Part shown: in pieces, positions 9,701 to 15,310 of the stretch | Numbering within the stretch: position 1 is the stretch's first letter | How the letters are laid out: every line of letters begins with the position of its first letter | From: a virus | Lineage: Duplodnaviria; Caudoviricetes | DNA length: 35,811 nucleotides | Strand: one strand, 5' to 3' | Virus record (IMG/VR): IMGVR_UViG_3300032087_006369 | Location: 1-35,811 of that record | Notes under the pieces: generated by a model | What the model was told of the DNA's origin: nothing | Database searches by the model: none | What the model saw: the letters and a program-made list of their open reading frames with translations, nothing else | Program-made: the position numbers and the translations under genes

Positions 9701-10642
9701 AACATTGAAGGGTTTTCTCAAGGAGGGGGCGTTAATTTAAAAATAGGAGCTCCTAGAGCTGCCGAAAGAGAATCTTATCAAGACTCAAATCAAGATGGAT
9801 CTGTTACTAGATACAGAGTTAAAAAAGGAAAAATTGGTATTAATAAACAATTAACCGCTTACGCAGTAGCAAATGATAGATCTATACAAAAGTATCTACA
9901 GGAAGAAGAAAGTCAGTTTTATGAAGACGTTGAAACAAAGAGGCAAGAAAAACATAGGTCAAACATGGCTGCATGGAGAAAAAGACAAGAAAAAGATCAA
10001 TTATTAAATACAGTTTTAACAATAGCAGGAACGGCTTTATTAAATAAAGGTCTAGATTGGGCAAAGAACAAATACGACAATTCCTCTTTTGCTCAAAAAA
10101 GATTTGACAAGAAAGTAGACAAGGGATTACAAGATAAAGGTTATTATAGAAATAAAGGAGCAGCATTATCTGATAAATTCGAAAGCCCTAGCGATCAAAT
10201 GAGGGTTGAGAGAATGTATGATGGGATATTTAAGGATGGTGGAGCAAAGGCAGTTTTAAAACAAGCAAGAAACGATGGTTTAGATGTAACTGCTGATCAA
10301 TATCGATACAAAATGAGAAGGTACAATCAAGGGGGACAAGTGCCATCTGTTTTGACTGGAGGAGAATTTGTGGTAAATAAAGATGCTGTTAAAAATAACG
10401 GATCTGCTTTTATGAGTAGTGTTAACAGCGGAACCTTAAATAATAGATCGAGCCAAGCGACATCTGATCAATCTACTAATATAACACATGGAGATGTTAA
10501 TGTAACAATTAATGTAAGTGGAGGTGGTGCCGCAACATCTTCTGGAGGAAGCATGAATCCTTCTGAATTCTCAGCAAAGGTAAAAAGTGCTGTAATGGAA
10601 GTAATCGCAAAAGAAAGAAGGGTTGGAGGATCAATGAGGTAG
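719..10642 (+). CDS. Tape measure protein (TP901-type core) with internal cargo cassettes, 3307 aa
   Basis: N-terminal TMP core (EKKLTEINVVM...ATELARQG...ALILTRLTGLD...GNSFKTIFTR), long helical/coiled-coil stretches, Gly/Ala-rich hydrophobic segments, C-terminal GGYVPGGSGVRDDVPALLTGGEYV motif common in TMPs; located between the tube gene and tail-tip genes. Confidence 0.93.
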   Translation: MPIKVNVVQKGLEESIQRATKNINSKGLHVNINDRQFTRPLGKITGSVSEFNKSLEASNARVLAFGASVGIIQGVQSAFKALVSSAIEVEKKLTEINVVMGLTSKQLENFGSKLFDVARNTAQSFSTVASAATELARQGLTMEETLKRTNDALILTRLTGLDAASAVSGLTAALNTFNKAGLDSTQILSKMAAVDVQFAVSTEDLIDAVSRAGAVANDAGVSFDQLMGAVTAAQQMTARGGKVIGNSFKTIFTRVQRSSTITRLEELGIAVRDMMGNTLPAISVLENLAKTYDTLADTTKAAVAEQVGGVFQINILKAAIKDLSEENSILARATQLSSQATDEAYKKNELLNRSLDALVNQTGASIKELAATIGEIGFSDSMKDYLSFINDQIKGLSNLLSEDKGEKDGTNYFKGFISGLGKVIMGPGLAAGLVVLTSLAAKTFAFLGGSVKELLGMVSASQKQKQIQESIVAVLAENSALQAKLLSQEGNRAAQEKTILGLLQAQAREQARISSLASRVAPAIAQRGYGANLQRTRADGHIPNYVTKEEEIRERQGAIKSGYTPGKIKSMMLPGEGRVVYNSSENVKKFANLNQPAIMPPESSVAGRKYKSKFKKKHGFDPYKNDGLVPNYYQAAGASASFGNFTASQAFGYGWHGPGGARKSTSSGSGGSQPKGRLRIPRGGGGSGTRGLSFTSSEGFVPNFMKLSASSLKSIKNLQSKTVSPKINSSKFDEIITDKVQLLSLLSDNKFKSLEYLTSGNKLKTFHSARNNVHKYKKGAAAPKDYDSWKDLDKKTGSKVLWVGSAGEKESGYRRFTLDKILSVMSGGKKYGVNLSSFKNKFQGMIPNFALSSTPKDQSEFLKGLKESNPKFYNPAAIAKYETYKNPSRLNDLLRSPKDTVDAIKYLDNNALRRMKEYMQKNSMLGDADWKVVSRVNGQEVLGSNIGKEMRTASPREIFNYLTGQTDRIQGNIPNAFLRLKDHSERSLVAEDMIGRSGMSKIIKEEIDNIKRNKGRQHSVLKEANLSEKQISVREQNQKKFQSAWLKERQRQIESSMLASMASQNQSSVFDPRRENTPGSFRKSWNEMEYNRYLEKINNNISPSKAFREAQYIYDPDLFKNTGLVKRRLRNKGHIPNFAKIASTGAQKILDKNPEFYGAANDAIKREASFGLTPKLVSAPSLKGSRNPGLAVVNQEQEGGSLGRARKLHKGLNPKQKTSAEKVPNYALTPGETKAVYHQTMYDEIPKRGMDAIEQRKAAIKSTLAPFSQTDPILNSLNKSYAKHNQLIMQSNLRERISLGLLEKENIARQDFAKGFLRKDAMAAIAGGGGSQAALARSYMKYDGAEMMTRMFTEKGMADKLGDKQTSNAINSLIKNVEKQTNTLSNVPKMQAQALESSARRIRGENALDSRFTGTQGFNPRVAEQYYGKQFLESKGIQPSSRQETAAIVSRFGRETREEFKKFMQEKGVMSSNAQLARGGLLKGEFAGLMRSQSSTFLPRLSQLEGAVKSGNTATARDLRRQLNQEALRQGTSATAIAKLQETIKNVEREAKPSRREGYRDRGLSMQRGGQNFSGGFYSGLGGGRDLSQTVGGKAGNLAGRVAGSVGGGLKNYFSSANRLMAGNTGLALSFALPMMSGMVQSQKPREDRGVYRDGNYEIEEGRGRDIAASTLMGAGMGAMFGLPGLLVGGLAGFAKAMSATTLTIQEQIKMREQEIAVISQNAQALSSIQNLSSARAEAFRTGRSDDVGKLDSQINQVLSGITEKSIIDRAVASVGDQDALSKLQKEIGDQQATQNNIQNFAMAINSKNSKNAGLSLASIISQNIANELTTVEDMNSAISDIKRQYAEAQKSGNYLEGSELRMLRKRSNREGISNRGLGMAGFAGVGTFLAGLALSGTGAGASIGIPMMLAASGAAAGAGYVGQQEVDKYFADKKLKQAGDQGFDQTLWMNSLVKKGVLSQATMEPLLAALNKGEINVSDIAKYAEEAVGQMQMIRDNSNAFGNSIFDLNQKFKNVINSMVTELEVSKINQSQNLNSLKSITDISSRYMQPNKAVQYQGNQMRKMFDLDVSYRRQNQAKENDIALLRELQQNMKQLNLMPTQQQAIIDLIQKEGTGAVNSMADQRLLEGRYDISLTESKLSNIFSRLGYKGSIENLGSAAPMEVTKDSQLAGFLGTQNIQEQQKIINDLQKNAAQYLQQGSYTATFSRDLDGQSRKLMKEMLGRQDTRNTILEAQINADRQSLTMSIKRNEIENSIRQKTEMMLASFQTETMKGENRLTSKRIKSSGVISDLQFQQSDMFRGFNNNDQENQRQTEIRKKIFDQEFAIRKAEIESRMRTEASRLLSDQNLIYALNNLGDRINSTLNKELSPIEPRLPSNEPTKMNEGRKAAETSLILSNQKKIEEASSKVQSKIEERNKAKVEINNIGSQLDFQRSMEKHSRNIENIFKNAKFPEAPKRGNTLAEDMFGWIPGVEGPKDQYIRASQKVKQETSRQAIQYIEDNKLAGPLGYSTEKNWKANFMNRSTGYQAKRFGEQADIYKVKGDSISRDKLIPQKNKLNAIEKEISNTRNEIKNLSNQAQQRVIKPAPTQSPSVPNVNIGPNNGPKTGEQEDPFEYYASQIGIKKSELYMNQLSEAQGLNAQLDVIERAIQEAKQSGGDMSMINQLFMQLAESYKGAGLELREFAQNFNIQEAQKATENFVSSLKTLSGAQSQISGIRNLTNLTSDDIAAQSSISSISALKDQIQKEKEYEILKNDPSATSLQKADAFAAANAQSIGTKEQRDELIGYLKKEDSLKSQLYNAERMARTSGNPFEISQAQDEVRSLKNQLAQLDDSVRVLGSQLERTTPRDRGVLSEIGSGMSSGLKQGFAQLEADSETIYQRLGQQLPVQLRDGLTDAMQAAINGSQKFGDAMKQVGFQLLQTIQRAFLQSASNRITGLIGSAFNLKLNSGGYVPGGSGVRDDVPALLTGGEYVMKKSSVEKYGVNFMESLNKGNIEGFSQGGGVNLKIGAPRAAERESYQDSNQDGSVTRYRVKKGKIGINKQLTAYAVANDRSIQKYLQEEESQFYEDVETKRQEKHRSNMAAWRKRQEKDQLLNTVLTIAGTALLNKGLDWAKNKYDNSSFAQKRFDKKVDKGLQDKGYYRNKGAALSDKFESPSDQMRVERMYDGIFKDGGAKAVLKQARNDGLDVTADQYRYKMRRYNQGGQVPSVLTGGEFVVNKDAVKNNGSAFMSSVNSGTLNNRSSQATSDQSTNITHGDVNVTINVSGGGAATSSGGSMNPSEFSAKVKSAVMEVIAKERRVGGSMR
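2330..4396 (+). repeat. Seven dispersed protein-level repeats, consensus G-x-[IV]-P-N-[FY], within the TMP
   Basis: ADGHIPNY 2330-2353, NDGLVPNY 2591-2614, SEGFVPNF 2807-2830, FQGMIPNF 3242-3265, IQGNIPNA 3623-3646, NKGHIPNF 4109-4132, SAEKVPNY 4373-4396 (the last lacks the G); all are in the TMP frame. Confidence 0.88.
9560..10432 (+). repeat. Duplicated C-terminal TMP module (xxGG...VPxxLTGGE[YF]V...G.xFM.S.N.G)
   Basis: Copy 1 at 9560-9700 and copy 2 at 10322-10432; both contain the 14-nt string TTGACTGGAGGAGA (starting at 9620 and 10352). Confidence 0.85.
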
Positions 10643-10643
10643 C

Positions 10644-11471
10644 ATGAAGGGTTTTGTAAAAAATAAAAATCAACAGTTTACAATTAATGGGGTTAATCTC
10701 TCAGGAGTGTCTTCTGTTAATGCAGGTTATTCAATACCACATGAAATTACTAGTTATATAGGATATACTGGAGCTCCAGGAATATTTCAAAATTCTCCTG
10801 GTGTAGGAAATCTTTCTTTTGCGAGGCCATTAATTTCATCCGATGAAAAAATTACAGAACTAATAGCACGCAAAGAAGGTTTTAATGGAGGGCTTAGTTA
10901 CAATAATAAATCGATTAATTTTGAAAGTGGATACATAAGCTCTTATGAATGTACATTTTCTATAGATTCAATACCTCAAACAAATGTATCAATAGTATCT
11001 TATGGTAATTTTGGCCCTTCTGTAGAGATAGAAGAAGTTCAAGAAAATGAACAAAAAATTTTTATACCATTAAATAGCGGCATAATATTAGAATGCGATG
11101 GGAGAGACACTAATCGAGTGAGTTCTTTTAGTTTTTCAATAAATATATCCACGCAACCATTGTATTCTGTTGGAAGCATATATCCAGTTGATATTTATTT
11201 AGAAAAACCTATATATCAAACTTTTTCTGTAAACTTAGAAATAGAAGATTATGAAACAAAGTCAATTTATGATTATATAACAAAAGGTTTTGATAAAAGA
11301 GATTTGTCCGTAACAATACACGACAAAGGGGGACAAGATAAAATTAAATATACCTTTAGAGATGCGAGAATAGTTGAAGAAAATCTTGCTACAGATAGTG
11401 AAGACAACACAAGTGTTAATATAAAGTACATTGCACCGACAATGACTCAACCCATTATAGAATACATATGA
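10644..11471 (+). CDS. Tail-tube-like protein (baseplate/distal tube paralogue)
   Basis: C-terminal half aligns by eye with the tube protein: VSSFSFSINISTQPLYSVGS vs IQSFSISLPLSRTPIERIGS, and YTFRDARIVEENLATDSEDNTSVNIKY vs FDFKGARLDSESISSDIGSNKSVDLSW. Confidence 0.65.
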   Translation: MKGFVKNKNQQFTINGVNLSGVSSVNAGYSIPHEITSYIGYTGAPGIFQNSPGVGNLSFARPLISSDEKITELIARKEGFNGGLSYNNKSINFESGYISSYECTFSIDSIPQTNVSIVSYGNFGPSVEIEEVQENEQKIFIPLNSGIILECDGRDTNRVSSFSFSINISTQPLYSVGSIYPVDIYLEKPIYQTFSVNLEIEDYETKSIYDYITKGFDKRDLSVTIHDKGGQDKIKYTFRDARIVEENLATDSEDNTSVNIKYIAPTMTQPIIEYI

Positions 11472-12292
11472 GTTATATAGGCTACGAAAAATGTATTGTA
11501 GAAATTAATGGCGAAAAGGTTTTTGCTATTAATGCCAGCATATCTGCAGCTTCAAATTCTCAAGAAAATATAACATACGGAGGAGAAATGAGAGGAAGGG
11601 TTCCTAGATTTTTCAATCAACCTGGAGACGAAGGAAATACATTAGTTAGGGACTATGCCGCAGAAGCTCCATTGGAGTCAAGCTTGAGCTTAAGATATTA
11701 CATAACAGGAGAAGAAGATCCAATTGCATCGCTAACAGGAGAAGCATCATGCCAGGGGAAATTTGGAGGAATAAGCTTTTCTGGCGCATATTTAACTAGC
11801 TATGCAATGCGAATGGAGCCCTATAAGCCTATAATTCACTCTGCAGATTTTAGAATTTTTAGTGGATTTAAAAATCAACTAAAAGAAGAATCTTTTGGAG
11901 ACCAGACAGATAAAATTGATTTATCAAATGGATCTTATTCAGAACTTTCTAATTTCAATCAACAAAATATAGGAATGAAGTTTATTAATTCAGTTGATTA
12001 TTATATATCTTGCGAAAGGTTGCCTAGCTATGTTGTTGGGGAAGAGTTTCCAGAATATGTAATACAAGGAAAAATATTAAAAAGCTTAAGGGTTGAAGGC
12101 GAGAACATAGGGGATGTAATAACATATACTGGAAAAAAGATTACAAAACTAGAGATTTCTCCAAAAACAATTGGAAAAGAAGCTAGGGGTAAAGATTTAT
12201 TTTGTTCTGGTGTATTGGTTTACCAAAATGTAAATGTATCCAAAAATGATTTCCTTGCAGGGGGAGTAGAGGTAATAGAAAGTGTGAAATGA
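11468..12292 (+). CDS. Second tail-tube-like / tail-tip protein
   Basis: Start overlaps the previous stop (ATGA); similar length to its neighbour with related motifs (FGGISFSGAYLTSY vs YNNKSINFESGYISSY; INSVDYYISCERLPSYVVG). Confidence 0.55.
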   Translation: MSYIGYEKCIVEINGEKVFAINASISAASNSQENITYGGEMRGRVPRFFNQPGDEGNTLVRDYAAEAPLESSLSLRYYITGEEDPIASLTGEASCQGKFGGISFSGAYLTSYAMRMEPYKPIIHSADFRIFSGFKNQLKEESFGDQTDKIDLSNGSYSELSNFNQQNIGMKFINSVDYYISCERLPSYVVGEEFPEYVIQGKILKSLRVEGENIGDVITYTGKKITKLEISPKTIGKEARGKDLFCSGVLVYQNVNVSKNDFLAGGVEVIESVK

Positions 12293-13254
12293 TATTAAAT
12301 ACAAAAACCTTCTGGAATACTAATCAAAAACCCTTTTTTGATAATGATGATAATCAGGGAGGGGATTTCTACAACAACTACGAAGATTTCATTAAAAATT
12401 CTTACATTGACACGAATCTTAAAAACTTTAAATACAAAGATCCTTTTTTATTTAAACCTTCTTACGGTTCTACTGTTGAAATTTATTTTGATTTAAATAA
12501 TAATTATTTTGGAAACACATATGATTTTAAGGCGATAAACAAAATAAATAATATTTATGTAAATTTTAATTTAAATTTTACTGAAAAAAATGATGATCAA
12601 ACTAGGGATATAATAAATTATATAAACCAAAGAAAAGGTTTTGAGTATTTTGTTATGCAAAAAAAAGAAAGGGAACTGTTGAGTCAAGAAGAATCTTACA
12701 AATCTTTATATTCTATGGATCCATATATGATACAAGAGTTTGTTTGCAGTAGTCTAGATATTAATCAAGGATATAAAGGAATAAATAATATAAATTTAGT
12801 TTTGCAAAACGATTGTTTTTCTCAATTCAATTCAAAGAGAATGTTATTTTCAAAAAGTTTGCCGCAGAGAAAGCAAGATATAATAAATGAATATTTCCAT
12901 AAAAAAGTTCTAGACATACCTCCTTCGTACCCTTTGTCTCTATCAAAAAGTTATGATGTTTTTAGTACTGAATTTAATAATTCAAAACCATATGTTGGTG
13001 AGCATAGTGTAAATCCTGAGAGAGGTTTAATTCAAGCTCAATTTGTGAATATAGACGATGATACCTTATTAAGTATATTAGCATTTACAATTGGAAGTTT
13101 GGGCAGGAGATCTTTTAAGTTTCAACTGGAAGATCCAATAACAGAAAATTTAAATTTATTATGTAAATCAATTTCTCATACTTTTGTTTATAATGGAGTT
13201 CATTCATTAGAGATGACACTTGAAAAAACCGTAACAAGGAAAGATTTTATTTAA
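12289..13254 (+). CDS. Minor tail protein, lambda gpM-like (distal tail), apparently two tandem domains
   Basis: Two units of the pattern F/L..PSY...FG/FN...F.L.F....D.....I..[YF]....G...F; located just before gpL. Confidence 0.55.
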   Translation: MILNTKTFWNTNQKPFFDNDDNQGGDFYNNYEDFIKNSYIDTNLKNFKYKDPFLFKPSYGSTVEIYFDLNNNYFGNTYDFKAINKINNIYVNFNLNFTEKNDDQTRDIINYINQRKGFEYFVMQKKERELLSQEESYKSLYSMDPYMIQEFVCSSLDINQGYKGINNINLVLQNDCFSQFNSKRMLFSKSLPQRKQDIINEYFHKKVLDIPPSYPLSLSKSYDVFSTEFNNSKPYVGEHSVNPERGLIQAQFVNIDDDTLLSILAFTIGSLGRRSFKFQLEDPITENLNLLCKSISHTFVYNGVHSLEMTLEKTVTRKDFI

Positions 13255-13283
13255 ATTTAATTAAAAAAAAATATTATATAAAA

Positions 13284-14180
13284 ATGACTTTTATAAAAAC
13301 AGAAAAGATTAATCAAGAAATTTTTGATATAAATAAAAATACAATTGTAGAATTTATAAAAATTCATAATATTGTAAATTTTGATGAAATTTATATACAT
13401 GCAGGAGTAAATAAAATTTACTCATCTTTAGTTTTTGATAATCAAGAATATTCATATGTACCTTTTGAGTTAACTGGAGTGGAGAGTCAAGGAGACGGAG
13501 GAATATCTAGGCCAAACTTTAAAATAGTTAATTTTTCAGGATTTATGTCTAAATATTTAAGAGATAAAGATGATCTTCTCGGAGCAAAAGTCACAAGAAT
13601 AAGGACATATTTGAAGTTTTTAGATAAAGTAAATTTCTTGGGTTATGATGAAGATCCTGAACATTGGAAAAGTCAAGGAATAAATCCTGACCCAATTTCT
13701 AAATTTAGAGATGATGATTGGGTTATTTCTCAAAAAATTGAAGAAAATAAGTTTTTTATTTCATTTGAGCTGACAAATGCTTTGGATCTGGAAAACATAA
13801 CATTACCAAACAGAAAAATAATCAATAATTATTGTTATTGGAAGTATAGAGGCAAAGGCTGCAAATATGACGGTGACCCAATAGCTGACAGTAATAATGT
13901 TAAATTCAAGGATAAAATTAATTTTCAGGGAAAATGGGGGCTGGGGAAAAATTATATAACAAACGATTCTGTATATTTAGTTGTAAAAGAAGGAAATACA
14001 ACAAGAAGAGTTTTCTATGTGTGCGCTCAAAACCATTCTAGCTCAAACTCAACAAAACCTTCTTTAAATTCAGATTTATGGGTTAAAGATGACTGCAATA
14101 AAAAGCTTGGAGGATGTAAATTAAGATACAAGGAAGGCCCATTACCATTTGGGGGATTTCCATCAAGCAGATTATATTAA
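13284..14180 (+). CDS. Minor tail protein L (lambda gpL-like, Fe-S-binding Cys set)
   Basis: Motifs Y..VPFELTGVE...SRP, DLLGAKVTRIRTYLKFLD, FELTNALD...LPNRKI, CYWKYRGKGC, CNKKLGGCKLRY and the LPFGGFP terminus. Confidence 0.92.
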   Translation: MTFIKTEKINQEIFDINKNTIVEFIKIHNIVNFDEIYIHAGVNKIYSSLVFDNQEYSYVPFELTGVESQGDGGISRPNFKIVNFSGFMSKYLRDKDDLLGAKVTRIRTYLKFLDKVNFLGYDEDPEHWKSQGINPDPISKFRDDDWVISQKIEENKFFISFELTNALDLENITLPNRKIINNYCYWKYRGKGCKYDGDPIADSNNVKFKDKINFQGKWGLGKNYITNDSVYLVVKEGNTTRRVFYVCAQNHSSSNSTKPSLNSDLWVKDDCNKKLGGCKLRYKEGPLPFGGFPSSRLY

Positions 14181-14181
14181 A

Positions 14182-14580
14182 ATGATCAAGTATTTAAATG
14201 AAATAAAAGTTATATGCGAAAGAGAGGCTAAGGAAAATAAAGAGGCTTGCGGGTTTTGGGTAAATGAAGAAAAAAATATACAAAAAATCATTGAATGTGA
14301 AAACATAGCTCAATTTAAAGAATTTAGTTTTAGGATAGATTCAAGAAAATTTCTAGAATGTTTAGAAAAAAACCCTGTTTTAATTTACCATTCTCATTTG
14401 CATGGATCTAGGTTTGCATCAATGGAAGATATGAAACAATCGAATGCTTTATTAATTCCATATTTAATATATAGCATTAAGGAAAAAAAATTTTTCATGC
14501 ATGTTCCTGATGATATTGACTTAAATGAAAATCTTATAAAAATAAATGATGCTATAATGTGTAATTTAGTTGAGGTATAA
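14182..14580 (+). CDS. gpK-like JAB/MPN (JAMM) domain protein lacking the NlpC/P60 domain
   Basis: EACG...YHSHLHGSRFASMED matches the JAMM pattern E...HxH-x7-S-x2-D; lies between gpL and gpI. ATG 14182, 1 nt after the gpL stop, is preferred over the track's start at 14149. Confidence 0.85.
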   Translation: MIKYLNEIKVICEREAKENKEACGFWVNEEKNIQKIIECENIAQFKEFSFRIDSRKFLECLEKNPVLIYHSHLHGSRFASMEDMKQSNALLIPYLIYSIKEKKFFMHVPDDIDLNENLIKINDAIMCNLVEV

Positions 14581-14582
14581 GG
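14559..14582 (+). promoter_or_regulatory. Second copy of the GTGTAATT...AGGTATAAGG motif
   Basis: GTGTAATTTAGTTGAGGTATAAGG directly precedes ATG 14583 and parallels 691-718. Confidence 0.45.
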
Positions 14583-15308
14583 ATGAAATTTAAATTACAT
14601 GGAATACTCGCTAAGAATTTCCAGCGAAGCTGGGAATTGGATGTAAATTCTGTTGCAGAAGGAATAAGGGCAATTGATGCAAATGACTCAAATTTTATTC
14701 CATTTTTATACAAAAATAGAGAAGAGTTTAAGTTGGCTATATTTAAGAATAAGAAGCCATTAACAGATGCAAGGGAAATAAATATAAATTCCAGGAAAGA
14801 AGATGTAGTACATATATTTCCAACCCCATACGGAGAGGACGAAGCTGCAAGAATGAGATCTTATGGTGCTGCTGGTATAATAGGAGGGTACGGTTTGCAG
14901 GTTGCTGGTGGGTACATGTCAGAGTCTGATAATTGGTTTGTTAGGGGAGCGGGAAATGTACTTAGCACATTAGGAGCTGTAGCAATGGAAGTTGGTTCGG
15001 CATTGCTAATTCAAGGATTGTTACAGGAATTGATGCCAGACCCTGAGCCTCCACCTACGGAGCCAGAAGGTCCTGTTTTAAAAAGCACTCAATCTTTTAC
15101 TTTTACTAATCCAGTAAATAATGTGGTTCAAGGAGCACCTGTTCCGATAGGTTACGGAAGAGTTTTAGTCGGCAGTCATGTAATATCATCTCATGTAATG
15201 AATAGTAGATTGGCAGCATTTAATAAAGTAGAAGAGACGATTAAAGATTCGGATGGAAATGTTGTGGGAGCTGTTCATGTCGATCAATTCACTAGAAAGG
15301 ATGGTTAA
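14583..15308 (+). CDS. Tail assembly protein I (lambda gpI-like)
   Basis: N-terminal ubiquitin-like domain (FKLHGILAKNF...VNSVAEGIRAI...VHIFP), a hydrophobic Gly/Ala middle, and C-terminal SFTF...N...QGAPVPIGYGRVLVGSHVIS. Confidence 0.9.
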   Translation: MKFKLHGILAKNFQRSWELDVNSVAEGIRAIDANDSNFIPFLYKNREEFKLAIFKNKKPLTDAREININSRKEDVVHIFPTPYGEDEAARMRSYGAAGIIGGYGLQVAGGYMSESDNWFVRGAGNVLSTLGAVAMEVGSALLIQGLLQELMPDPEPPPTEPEGPVLKSTQSFTFTNPVNNVVQGAPVPIGYGRVLVGSHVISSHVMNSRLAAFNKVEETIKDSDGNVVGAVHVDQFTRKDG

Positions 15309-15310
15309 AG

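Noticed and set aside
14149-14181. Upstream TTG start for the JAB protein
   Set aside because: It overlaps the conserved gpL C-terminus; ATG 14182 just after the gpL stop is more plausible.
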